Assembly: GCF_036321535.1 (NCBI RefSeq)
Contig: NC_087436.1
Coordinates: forward strand, 109,060,001-109,124,000
DNA length: 64,000 nucleotides
Origin: Camelus dromedarius
Lineage: Eukaryota
Direction: 5' to 3'
The notes below the pieces were generated by a model. The model did not search any database. It was not told the DNA's origin and was given only the letters and a program-made list of their open reading frames with translations. Numbering within the stretch: position 1 is the stretch's first letter; each line of letters opens with the position of its first letter. Both the position numbers and the translations under genes were made by a program. Below are positions 12,389 through 25,445 of the stretch, one piece after another.

Positions 12389-12776
12389 CTGTTTGATCAA
12401 ATAGTCGCAGAATTAAAGTGTAGCATCTCATTAACCCACCTTCAAGACTGTCCTTCCTGAGAAAACCCAATCATGAGATACATTCCTTTTAACCTCAACA
12501 CTCACATTGTGACTGTAATCATTGAGGTGTCACAGGCTGAAGATCTGGGGTCATGGCAGATAAAGCAAGGGTCCTGTCTAATGACTGGATTGTCTGAATC
12601 TAGCCGTACTTACCCACTTACTCAACAAACATCATTAAATACATTTTCTGGAAGATGCAGAGATACAATGACAGACAACGGTGGGGGAGATCTAGCCTCT
12701 GCTGTCAAGGATGCCACAGAGTTTCCATAAAACTTAGTCCCTGGGGCTGCTCTGTGAAAAAGAAGTTCAATCTATT

Positions 12777-13143
12777 CTTTTTTTTTTTTTAAACTTGTTT
12801 GTTTGTTTGTTTGTTTATTTATTTATTTATTTATTTATAATTTACTGAAGTGTAGTCAGTTACAATGTGTCAATTTCCGGTGTACAGCATAATGTCCCAG
12901 GCATGCTTATACATACATCTATTAGTTTTCATATTCTTTTTCATTAAAGGTTACTATACGATATTGAATATAGTTCCCTGTGCTATAGAGAAGAAATTTG
13001 TTTTTTTATCTATTTCTATATATAGTAGACATTTGCAAATCTCGAACTCCTAAATTCATCCCTTCCCACCCACTTTCCCCTCGGTAACCATAAGATTGTT
13101 TACTACGTCTGTGAGTCTGTTTCTGTTTGTCGATGAATTCATT
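12777..13143 (-). mobile_element. Short LINE-1 3'UTR fragment with T / (TTTG)n / (TTTA)n tail
   Basis: Reverse complement resembles the 3'UTR of the L1 at about 37100-37400 (tagttccctgtgctata; ccttcccacc; gtgagtctgtttctgttt). Confidence 0.8.
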
Positions 13144-13154
13144 ACAGTCTTAAA

Positions 13155-13758
13155 AGGGCAGCCAGAGTGAGATTTCTAAAACATAGATCAGATCACATCA
13201 CTCCGGTCTTAACACCTGGCAACAACTCTCAATTTACTCTGAAGGCCTGACCATAGGCCTTGAATGCCTAAAGGGATCTTTGGTGCCCTCTGAACTCTGC
13301 AACCTCCAAGTTTTCTCTTTCTGACTGTTTTAGCTCCTGCCACACAGGAGCACCTGCCTCCTTGCCAGACTCTCTTCTCTGCTTGGAAGGCTCTTCTCTG
13401 AGATGTGTCTACCTGGTTAACTATGTTTCTTCTTTGAGTCTGCTGAAATCTCACCTTCTCCATGCAGCCCACCCCGACCACTCTCTCCAACACCGCCTGC
13501 CTGCCTGTCTTAGCCCCCTGCCCCCCTATCCCTAGCACTCTCAATTCCTTTACTTTGACCAACTTTTTCCATTTTCTTAAATACACATTTCTGTTATATG
13601 TGGTTGCCTTATTTATGAGGTTCTTGTTGACCGCAATTTGCATAAACCCTCCCCCAAGGGTATAAACTCTAGACGGCAGGCAGGGATATTAGTCTATTTT
13701 GTTTCTCATGGGCTTAGCACATACTAGGTGCTCAGTAAACATCTGTTGTTGAATGAAT
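13155..13758 (+). mobile_element. LINE-2 3' remnant
   Basis: gcagccagagtgagatttctaaaacatagatcagatcacatcactcc and 3' terminus ggcttagcacatactaggtgctcagtaaacatctgttgttgaatgaat. Confidence 0.75.
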
Positions 13759-16532
13759 ACTTTGTAGCCCTCTTGGAGAGTGGCACTGCCATGGGGAAGG
13801 CCCTCATTCTGCATTATAGACATTCGTTTCGCTCGGTTTAGCACAATATTCCACAAACTTGTTTTTTCTCATGTATCTTATCAATATTCTACACCCACAT
13901 TCCCACATCTGGAAGCGTGGTTTACAGATCAGACATGGACAAACGGCATTCTTGTGGGTCATATGTCATTGTGTCTGAGATTTGATTCACGCCTGACTCA
14001 CCTTTGGGAGTACACTTGCCCTGCGCTCAGGCTCCTCAACCTTCTGGTCTATCGAGGCCTTGCAGAAGGCCCACCTTTTCCCAAACAAGAATTTTCCAGA
14101 ACACAACTTCCACCCAACGAATGTACTCCTTCCTCCAGGTCCCAAGGGAAGTTAGTCAATGCTGCTGAGTCTTGTCGCCTGTCTTACACAGGCCTGCGTG
14201 TTTGCCCAAAGACAGTTTGACCCTCTGCGGGTAGTGAATTTTTTTTGATGCTTCTTTTCCTCTATCATATTTAGTTTAGAGCTTTGATACTGAGGATTTT
14301 GACACACATTTAGTAGCTTAAAAAATATGCACTATGTGGTTGAGGTGTGATGCCTTCTTATCTAACACGCTGAAAAATGCTCTTCCCATTTGCCTGAAAG
14401 AATCTCTATCTGTAATTAACACAGAGTATTTCAGTTTTGCTTGCTTTTTTAAGACCTCAACTCTATGTACTTGCAAAGCCATGGCTTCCTCGTGATGGTT
14501 CTCTTCGCTGCACTCTTTTTTTATCCTCCCTCGGGAGCTGAATTTTGGCCTTCTTTGTGGTCTACATAATGCTCTCCTAAGAGCGTAGAGGCCTGGTTTG
14601 ACGTATGGACTGGTTAGTCCTATCTCTCCCCACTCTGGGCTATAACACAAGTCACGTGGACCATGTTCCCAAACTTGTTGGCTAACTGGGAAAGGAGTTA
14701 GAGAGCAGGATGCTGAGGACAAAGAAAGGGTGGGGAGCCTGGAACTAAAGAAAGTTGCTGACCTGAGATTTTTGTTCTTCATTTTCATCTCTGCGGTCTG
14801 GGAATTAGGGGGAAAATACTGAATACCACTTTCTGTTGTTTCTTCCATGTATCTACTCCTTCTTCCCAATGTCTCATCTGTTCAAGCAGATCTAAGATGT
14901 TTACCCCGGCCAAGTTCTCAGCTACATGGAAAGGGATGGTCGTGTCACAGGTTTAAGAAGGGGCCTGAGTCTAGAGATAGGACTTTAGCCAGAGGGGCAA
15001 AGCTGGCTTTTTAAATAAGGTTTATTGACATACAGACTCTCAGGTTCATAACCCATTTGTTACATCAACTATCAGTAAGTGTACGTGAATAGAAAAAGAA
15101 AAAGAAGGTGCCATTTCAAGTGTTGGTGCTTGGCAGGAGGGTGATAGCAAAAGAGATGGCAAGTAAATGGCGATGAGAATGACGCTAGGAAACGTGGAAG
15201 AATGACAGAGAAGCACGAGGCTGTAGCATCCAGCTCTGTCTACGGTGTGTACAGAGCCATCTTACTCAGGATCAGAAACTTTTGCTAACTTCATTGCAAG
15301 GGCTCAAAAATAAACTGATGTCCAAATAAAGTCACTAGGTCACAAAAGTCAGTACTCATCATGACTGATTGGTTTGTTATAAAATCAATTTATTGGTCTA
15401 AGTAGCCTTAAGAGGAAGAGAGAAAGGAACAGAATTGACGGTACTACACATAGTGAGGTCAAATCTTGTTTTGTTAATAATCTGCTTCATTTACATGTGT
15501 GTATATGTGCATGAACTGGGTTGTGATATAAAATATGTTTCTGCATAATAATGAGGAGTTTAAAGTGTGGATAATAGGATGTAATTATAAACATAGATTA
15601 ATCAAGTAAAGAAAAAAAATCTACATTTTGGAAGGTTGTGGCACTAGGAATACATTTTTACCAAATAAAGCATACAGACCCCAACACCAACAAATGCATC
15701 CACCCCAAAGAGAAAACAGCATTCTTAACTTAAGAATTTTAAAGCTGACTGACTGTGAGCTAGTTGAGGGAAAAATCACATCACACTCATCTGTTTATCT
15801 ACAGAAGCTAGGTCAGCGTGTGCCCCAAATGGGTAAGCTGTAAGCATTTGGTGATTTGAACAGATTTTGATGATCCAAGAATGACAATCTTTGTATTAGC
15901 ATATTTTTTTCAATCTCATTTTCACATGAGCATTCATTAAGACATCTGGGGTCAAGTCTTTCCTTTTAAATATGCATCATAAATACTTCTTTTGAGACAA
16001 ATGAGTAGTAGCTATTCTCTAAGCAGAGTGGACTTTAAAGATAAAATCGAGGAAACTGATAGATAATTCACTCTCGGAAGATTAGCTGGAGTGTTACCAC
16101 CGTGTCCTGGCCTACTGCACACCATCTCTGTGTTGGGGCATGTTTTCCAGCATTGTCATGCCTGCAGGTTCTTTGGACAAAGGTGGATAAACAGATCACT
16201 ACGTCTTTTTTTTTTTTTTCCAACTATTGTTAAATCAAAACAGAGAAGTTTCCCAAAGGGCAAGGATTGCACAAGCTTTAAATGACAGAAGAGCCAGGAT
16301 GCCCAGATTAAAGACACCGTGGAAAGAAAGGTTTGGGGACAATTTCAAAGTGCTATGTTTTCAAATAAATAACCATCATCAATGTTAGTACCACCAGACT
16401 AATCTTTTCCATTTCATTAAACTAAGTCATTTTGAGTCGAATTATTCTGAAGGCTCCATGAAAATATGAGATGGTACACGGATTAAAATACAATATTTAG
16501 GTTCAACAGATCAGAAATAATCAAATACTTAC

Positions 16533-16604
16533 AGTAGCTGTAAGGAAAACAGTCCTTCAAATAAACTTTTTGGGAGTTCTGTGATTTTATTTCCATAGAG
16601 GACT
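16533..16604 (-). CDS. SLIT2: SLIT2 exon 12 (72 nt LRR): [23 protein letters not shown](L)
   Basis: Acceptor tttttccag|A GTC CTC TAT; donor CTA CT|gtaagt. Confidence 0.97.
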
Positions 16605-17544
16605 CTGGAAAAACATGATTTAAGTGGAAAAACATTAGACACCAACCAGCAAAACAAATCCACCTAAAACATATGTATTCAGGCATACAGGAGCTTACGA
16701 AGCACTCCATACATCATAGGAGTCATAGCTGAGTAAGCAAGCTTCAATTTGCAAATGTTTTCTCTCTGATGATAGATTAGATTTATGCTTATGGTAGAAA
16801 CTTTGGAAAACATAGGAAAACAGATAAATTAACACAATTTATAATTTTATTGTCTTTTCATAGACATGTTCACTGTTAAAACTGTCATGTTTTTCTACAC
16901 ACACAAACACAGACACACACACAAAGTTCATATGTAACGACAGCACACAGTGTATAATGAAGGCGAACACTACATGTGGAATCCACTGTTCATTAAAGGG
17001 ATGACTTTTGGGATTATCATAATGGCAAATAGTGAAAGGGATCCACATAACAGTAACATTTTCATTTTAAACGTATAATGTATACGCTTCGGAAACGTAA
17101 GATTTGCAAAGAGAGTGATAATACTGAAAAAGGACAGTTTTTTAAATGTATGTTCCCTGAGGAAACAGGAATAGGAAGGCATCCTCCTGCGCCTGCCCCT
17201 GATCAGCCACTAGCGTGGCCACCAAGGGCAAGGACCGTGACCTAATTACTGCAGCACACCTGGCGCCTAGGTTTTGGCACACAGTGATGTTCTAACATTG
17301 GACTGATGAGTGAGTATTGTTTGAAGAGTACAATGAATAGATTAGCAGAGGAACAAATTAAGAAATGAATTACCTTATTCACAAAAGGGGTGAAATGATG
17401 AGATTTCAAATAAATGGAAATGGCTGACTCATCATGTTGGCTATTGATACCCATGGGTCTGCAATGGTACCCATTTATTCTCAGCTTCCAAAGGAAGGTA
17501 GGGGACCACAATCATGTGTAGGAAAATGTAGAAAATTATATTTT

Positions 17545-17990
17545 TAGAGGGACAATTTGGCAACATATTGAACCATAAAGATGTTTCTATAAATTTTAAC
17601 TTAGTAGTTTCTCTCAAGAGGTTAAGAAAATAATTGGAGACAAGCGCAATATACCAAATGTTAATCATGGCATAATTTATAACAGTGAAAAATTAAATAT
17701 AAATTAAATGTATCAAAGTCCCTAAAAAGGGGGTTAGCTAAATGTATATTTCACATTGATAAAATTCATGTTTTGAAGAATTTTTAGTGACATGAAAGTG
17801 TTCACGATTTAATATTAAGTTTAAAAAGCATAATACAAAAGAATATATTATGGAATAGCTTTAAATTTGTTTAGAAAAAAATATATACATAGAAAAAAAG
17901 TGAAAAGTCTCTGGCTGGCAGATGATTTGCCATCCAGAGGTCATTTGAATTTGTATCTATATTTTCCTTATTTTTTTAAAATATTCTCTA
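17545..17990 (+). mobile_element. Ancient LINE-1 (L1ME-like) 3' remnant
   Basis: ggacaatttggcaacatatt..aatgttaatcatggcataatttataacagtgaaaaatt. Confidence 0.5.
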
Positions 17991-20900
17991 TAATGGGCAT
18001 ATATTACCTTTGGAAAAAACAAATGGATGTCATAAAATGAAAAGGAAAAGGTGGAATGAGAATCAAAATAATTAATATGTTTGGCAGCTGTATATGACTT
18101 CTGTTTGGAAGGAAGGAAAATAACCATACAAGAGAGATGAGTCAGAGTGAGGAAAAGCTGTTCCCTTTTAATATGTCAGCGGCAGATGAGATTTATTACA
18201 ATTACGAAGAAAACTCGCAAGGGAGTGAATAAAGCTGGCTGCTGTGCTATGTACAGAGACCTTCCATTTGTATAGATTTCAGGGGTACGGTTATATAGCA
18301 TGGCATGAACATTCATTTGTGCAGAACATAAATGTTTTTTAAAAACATTAAGTCGATTAGGGAAGAAACAATTTAAAAAAATCAAGAATGAAAGAGAGAT
18401 CCAGTCAGGGCCAAGCAGGTAAGGGAATTAAGAAAGGATAAAGCAATAATAAATACATGTTTTAAGGTCAAGAATAGGAGAATTTTAGGAAACAAATGGT
18501 CAGTTCAAGACAGCACTGATTCAAGACATTCAGTTCAATACCATTCAATCAATGCATTCAGCAATAGATACTGTACCCTCATTATGTGCCGGCAACTTTG
18601 CCAGGTTCGAAGCTTGGTACCCAATTAAACTGAATCCAACTGTTACTTGTTCAATGGCCACCATTTTCCCGTATGCCAACTACTGATACAACTAAAATGA
18701 ATAAATGGCTTCAAAGAGCCACCCCAAAGGGCTCTTTTGAATATTGAAGGAGTTTCACATTTTGAACCTATTGAGAGCTAAAAGGAAGACAGGATGCAAA
18801 CAAATTGTGGGGGAACCCACATCAGCATCAAGGGATGAATGGTTCAGTAGGTTGTTGACTTGGGACTTCTGTTCCAAAGGTTGGCTCAAACAGCTTGAAA
18901 GGAGGACCAGCCAGGAGGGGTGTCAGACTTACATGGTGAAAATATTTTCTTTTCCAACAAATTATTCTGTTTTCTTGAAGGTCATGTTAAAAAAAATAGA
19001 TGCTTACTATTAATGAGACAATTTGGACACATGAGGGAAAAAAAAGAAGTCACAAAAAGATGTAGGAAATCTGTAAGTGTAGGTGGTATTGGGTACAATG
19101 ACTGCCTTAAAAATACTACAATAAAGGAAAGCTAGATATTGTGGGGATGTGATTTATCCACAAAAAGGTATAGCAGTACTAGGGCTGAATATGGTTTTCT
19201 TACCCACAGGGAGATCAAAACGGTAGGAAGGAAAAAGGAATTTAAAAAATAGCAAAAATCCAAAGAGCAGGACATAAAAATTGGATGGCAGCCAAGAAAA
19301 TAAGGCCAAAATCTATAAAAATGAGGGAAAGGCATATTATCACAGAAAGATACAAAGTGCAAGAAGGCCAGTGAGAATCTTGCTAAGCTCATAAGAGAGG
19401 AGGAAAATTAAAAAAAAAGAATCCAAAGATAAAAATGAATTTAAATGAAAAGAAAATAAATACATGAGGGATATGGATAATATCCAAACGCCAAGAATGA
19501 CACGGTGCGTAGCTTTGCTACAGTTTTCTTATATATTCTTACACTGTATACTATATTCTGCATACGGTATACGGTGTACTATTATGCTCATAGAGAACTT
19601 CTTACAGTCCTTTGGAACAATGGGGAAATCTCAAGGCAGATTTTGTACCTGCTACTAGAAGGAAGGCTAAGAAGAATATTAAAACAAGTTTCACTCTGCT
19701 GAGTTTCAATACTGGGACAGGAAGACACAGCAACCACTGCTGGCCAGTCTTCGGCTTCTCCTGCCTTTGTGAAAGCTGGCAAAACACCAAACTTCAACTT
19801 AAAAGAAAAAAAAAATGCCCCAAATAGAAACCTATATGATGGCTATCATGAAAAAGGTGCTAAGGGCAGGCTTTATTAACCAAACAAGTGTCAGAAAGCT
19901 ATACTTACAAATGAAAAGCCATGTGTATTTGATTAATATTTGTTTGAATTAAAAGACTAGGCAATTTGAAAGAGAGTACAGTAAAGAGAAGGCAGAGGTC
20001 ACTAGGGTTTCATTGAAAACCAGTGGAAAATGCAAGGTCCTGCAGAAGAGTTAACATCAGTCCAAGAGCCTGCAGGAAATGCAAACGCAGCAATCAAGCC
20101 TTTCACTATAGACCCCGGTGGAATTTGGGAGCTGGTGAGTGAAGAGAGGAAATGAGATTTAGTGAACTACAGTAGTCTGGGAAAGGTGACTGAAAACCTG
20201 AGGATCATGGGCATAAAAATTCCCTGGGTAATTAAAACCCAGAAACATTCAAATTGGTTTAAGTATCAGGAGAATGTATCACGGTCATATACATTATCTC
20301 TGGAAAGCTTCCTCTGTGCTTTAACAAAGCCAGGAGAGGAATAATCCTGTTCCCACCTTAGAGAGGGGACAATGGAAGCACAGGAAATTAGGAACTAGCT
20401 CCACGTACCTAGGAGAGCCTGCGTCAGAATACAAGCCACCCAGGGTTCCAGGCGCTATATGCTTAGCCACTTGCTACACTGCTACAGCGCTTCTGATTTT
20501 GTTAATATAAAGGGAAGTTTTCAACCAGTAAATGAAAGAGAAAAACTTAGAGACAATGCTAAGTGTACTTTAATGCTGAATTCTTAATAAATGATGATTA
20601 AATATTATGGAAATTTTGTTGATGTCACAGTGAAGGCAAGAAAAAGCCTTGAGGATAAAATGATTTCACAGATGCATGTATCTTGAATGATGTTTTGTTA
20701 ATTACAGGTAACATGTTATATAATAAGTATGTCAATATACTAATGATATATAATAATACATAAAAAAATTAATAAAAATAAATAAATGTTAATGAATTTA
20801 ACAGGAGAGACCTTAAAAAACATTCAACAGATCAAGACCAGTTGTCTCTAAGATATACTAGTTTGGTAACAACAAAGTAATTTATTAAATAAAATGCATT

Positions 20901-21059
20901 AGGCATCATATCGTCTTTAAGTATTTTCACTTCTTTAGCAAATGTAGTAATTAAATTAAGCTGGCTAAATAACTGAATACAGGTCCAGAAAGATATATAG
21001 AAGAAAACTGAATAAGTAAAAAATCTCATTTAAAAAAAGAAATGTTGCCCATCTGTATC

Positions 21060-21545
21060 AGTCTTGCAGGTTTATCTCCACACTCCCAAGTCACTTCACG
21101 CCTTTCTGGAATCTGCTCCCCTCTGGTCATAATGACTTTTTCTTCCTCTTTCCTGAAACACTCAGCATCCTTCTGCCTCAGAGCCCTAATATTGGCTGTC
21201 CCCTGTGTCCTGAATGCTCTTTCTCTACTTACCTGCACAGCTCACTCCTATGATTGCAACTTCCGATCTTTGCTCAATATCACTTCCTTGGGGGCCTCTG
21301 TGAATCATTCTATTTAAAATGTCAACTCTCCTCTCCCCTGGCATTCCTTACCCTCTTTCCTTTCTTAATTTTCCTTCATAGTGCATAGTACATCAGATGT
21401 ACTATATTTTTTGTCCATTGTACAGTTATCACGGATCACCTCCATGAGGGAGGAATTTTTGTGTTTCATTCACGCACGCCTACTCAGAGCCTCACATGGG
21501 GATGAGGATGCCGGAGGGGCCCAATATGTTTCTGCTGATTGTGTT
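21060..21545 (+). mobile_element. LINE-2 3' remnant
   Basis: cttctgcctcagagccc..ctgtcccctgtgtcctgaatgctctt; cctccatgagggaggaattttgtgtttcattcac. Confidence 0.6.
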
Positions 21546-23552
21546 TATGTGACGAAAAGGGCTACTGCAAATCTGGGTAGTTATATGCTTTTTGGAGGGG
21601 GTAAATAATTTAACCTTTGGGAGGCCAATCTGGAACATGAACACAATGAGGAAAATGGTACCAGTTATAATATGTGGACTTTCTCTATGATAGTAGAGCG
21701 ATTTGATTCTCTCCTAGTTGGTTTGTTTTATAATGTTTTAAGGTGTTACATGAATACGCCATTTCTGGAGAGCAGTTCTTATTTTTCCAGGTACTGCTAT
21801 GGTTTGAACTGGAAATTCCTCAGTGATTTAACGCCCTGGCTAAAATGCACTCCCACAAGGAAAAATCATACTTTTCTTCTGTTTTCCAAAAGAACTGTGT
21901 ACATGAGAGCCCTGATCACGAAGATTAAGATCCCAATTCAGCTAGCGTGTTCTCCTACATGTTGTCATTTCTTTTACTATTTGCCATTAGTTTATTACGT
22001 GTATATTGATTAGTACATGATAAGTTATAATCATTAATTATAATATATTTTTAATAAATATAATGTAATTCACTGTGATAAATAATATAATTAATTTATT
22101 GTCTACTTTATTTTACTGTTTCTTTTTATCATTTAATTCTCACAACCACAAGTGTCAACATTATTAAGGCAACAGAACTTAAAAGTAAACTCTGCAAGCA
22201 AGCAGATATAAATAATTCTCCATCCTTCCCCCCCCCCCCTTTTTTTTTTGACATTTAATGGTTATCTTTGGGTCACAGATGCTTGAAGCACCAGGAATTT
22301 GTATACTGACTTGACTTTTATTCTGTCCTTTTGTATGGCTGGGAGGTTACCTGTGTTTACCTTGGATAGTATTACTGCCCAGGAAGGTATGCACAGTACT
22401 TGAGGGACAATTTGGGTGATTTAATAGAGTTTTCATTGAGCTTTGTGATTTTACAATCTGACAGCCTACCCTGAGGGCAATGCATGACTGCACTTCACAT
22501 TTTCTGCCAACAGGTGTTCCCCTGGTTTTGGACTTCATCTATTAAAAAAAAAGCCCAAAACAAAACAAAAAACAAAAACGAACTTAGGCAGATACTGCAG
22601 GTGAAGTGATAGTTTTCTAGATTTTCTTTTCTTCAAAGAAAATTGCATTTTTCTGAGCAGACCAGCCTAGCCACCTGAACATCCATGTGCCTAGGTGGGT
22701 GGGTCTATCTCGTCCCCTTGGTATGAGTGTAAACTGTTATACAAACCCCAGGTGTTCACACAGGTGTATCCTGAAATTCTCACTGGTTACCGTCAACTTC
22801 TGAAATTCCTAACAGCCCTACAGTAATTTACATCAATAGGAACCCTTCTCTAAGCATAGACTCAAAAGAAAAAAAAAACAGGCTTCATTTTCAAACTTTA
22901 AAATTAAACTTTGAAATAAAGGTTACTCTTCTTGGCGGACTTCTGAAGATTTTGCACAAGTCTGAAGGAAAAACAGCCTTTATAAATACACAATAGAACC
23001 ACTTTAGTTTTCACAGCTATCTCCCTGGAAGTCCCTTTGACATTAAAAAGCTGTCATACCCTCTTATCTTTGTCCTTTGAGACATTAAAGCTGGTTCTTT
23101 CAGGGAAGTCTTAAGGTGATGAAGCAGAGGGTTGAGGGGCCCCTACTGGCCATCTTCAACTGTTCTCTGCAAGACTTCACTCAGCATCGTTCTAAAGGAA
23201 CCGATAGCATCCCCAGAGACAGCAGCTATTGGCTTAAGGATTATAAACAGCACAGACAGGAGCACGCCAAAATAAACATTTTCCCTTTACTTCAGAAAGA
23301 CAGCACTGTCCAAAAGGGGGGCTCTTGCTCTCTAACTATCAAATCCTAAAATATATACCCCATTGGCTGATTTCAGTGATAGGGAGCAGTTCTCCATAAA
23401 AATGATGACATTCGTTAATGAATCTAATAATTATTATTAATAATCCATAATAAAAAAACTTAAAGGAGTATTTTTTTAAATCCAAATATAAAATATAAAG
23501 CCACTGTTCATCGTGCATTCTGCTTTCCTTCCATGATGTGGTCAATACTTAC

Positions 23553-23624
23553 AGTGAATTCAGGGAGCGGAGTCCTTGGAAAGCATCTGGCGCTAGCTCA
23601 GAGATCTGATTATTGCTCAGGTCG
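23553..23624 (-). CDS. SLIT2: SLIT2 exon 11 (72 nt LRR): [23 protein letters not shown](L)
   Basis: Acceptor ttttaatcttag|C GAC CTG; donor TCA CT|gtaagt. Confidence 0.97.
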
Positions 23625-24130
23625 CTAAGATTAAAAATAGGGTTAGGTTAAATTAAATAGAAAGTCAGTGAGATTTACCGCAGGAGAAAGCTATTTATTG
23701 CTGTTACATGTCAGTTTTGCACCTATCAGTACATGTATAACATTTACAACATGAAACATGTGAAGCATCCTAAATTTTTTAAAAATCACACGTTTTAATC
23801 AACTGTTGGCTGTTTTCCTAAATTATTATTAAGGATGACCTATGTCTTATTTTTGAAACTAAAATTTTAAGAATGCAGCTGCGTAATATATTGACCACAT
23901 CCATTCATGCTAGCGTGAATTAATATGCTGAATTACAGAGAACTTTAAAAAAATGAATAGTTTGGCTTTTAACATTACAATATTATAGAACTAGCAATCA
24001 GATAGTCACACTGCTTCTTATTTAAGCTGTCAAACATTTAAATATTCATACTTAAATGGGTGTCTCTGCATGGTCATGACCTGTATAATTTTTTAAAAAT
24101 TACATTGATTTCAGAATATTATTCACTCAC

Positions 24131-24202
24131 ATTCTTCTAAGCTTTTTATATGGTGAGAAAGCTCCAGGAGGGATGACCTTGATTGAGTTCTGTTCCAAAC
24201 GT
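24131..24202 (-). CDS. SLIT2: SLIT2 exon 10 (72 nt LRR): [23 protein letters not shown](I)
   Basis: Acceptor tttcattgcag|A CGT TTG GAA; donor AGA AT|gtgagt. Confidence 0.97.
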
Positions 24203-25029
24203 CTGCAATGAAAAAAATCCATTTTTAAAATAGAAATGGGAGCTCTCAGATATGTTTAATTCAAGCCATGTCAAGAAGCAAAGGTGACGTATTTCAAGAG
24301 TGATACTTTCTTTTTTTTCTCAAAAAAAGACTACTAAAATTCAGTGTGCTTGCTGTGCCCTAAAAGTTGAGCAAGACTGGGAATAAAACAAATGTGAAAG
24401 CAATAAAATATTCTGATTTTTAGGTATTTCAGGTTTATTAATATTTAAGGCTGGACTTCGTATAAAAGAGAGAACACCTGTAAGAAACTAAGCTGGGAAT
24501 ACATTTTACTAACTTCAATATCAGCAAGAAAAATACACTGTAACACTGAATGGGTGTAGAACATTCTTTAGAGGTAGTTATAATTCTTCCAGAAAAGAAA
24601 TTATTGTGGAATATTAAATTTTATAAACATTTTCCTCTATAGAAAGCATACTATAGGTTGAAAAAATGGCATACGCAGAAAACTAATTTTGAAGCTTCTT
24701 CTGAGGAAAAAGTTTAAATTCTAAATCCACAAGTGCTATAGATATTTTCAGTAAGACTGTCTGGACTCTGTCAATCCATTACGTGAATATTTCATGTGGA
24801 AACCACCGCAGCAAAGTGCATTTAAACACAACCGAAGTATTTTTATGATGCACTAAAATCTGAGAGTTGAAAATAACCCTCTAACATTATCTACTCCATG
24901 ATTCAGCTCAATTTTACCAACCTAGCAATGAAAGACTCAAAATAACATATTGAAATAAAGTGTTTTGGTAAATATTTTAGTCTATCAAAAAAAAAAATGT
25001 TGCCTGTAAGCCTCATTTCTACCCATATG

Positions 25030-25445
25030 AAAATCCTAGTATTTTCCATCCCGTTCTCCTCGCTTCTGCTCTGCATCCCAGGGGCATGACTCCTTGAACC
25101 ACCTATCCCAGGCTCACTTGCTGACTGGCTGTTGTGAGACTTGGTGGGTGAAAGGCACTGGTGGGAGACTGAAGGTGGGAAGAGGCGGGGTAGTTGGGTT
25201 AGTCTCCCGTTTTCTGCGCCAGCGGACGTCCTCCGCAATGGTCTCATCTCTTTGTTAACTTAAGCTCCTGCTAAGGGCCAGCTCCTGGCTTCGGATAACG
25301 TCACTTCCTTAGTTCTTTGTAGCCCTGGAGGTGGAAGCAGCCTTCTAGTCTCTGTGTCACTTCCTACAACTGTTTAACTCATTCGTCATATTAAATCCTT
25401 CTGTTGAAATACTTGGCCTGAGTTCCATTTTCCTGCCTGAATTTT
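25030..25445 (+). mobile_element. Probable ERVL-type solo LTR (LTR33-like)
   Basis: GC-richer block ending atattaaatccttctgttgaaatacttggcctgagttccattttcctg, resembling an ERVL LTR 3' end. Confidence 0.4.

Noticed and set aside
18700..20720. Purine-rich stretch faintly resembling an ancient CR1/L3 LINE
   Set aside because: Too degenerate to support by eye; needs a Dfam HMM search.
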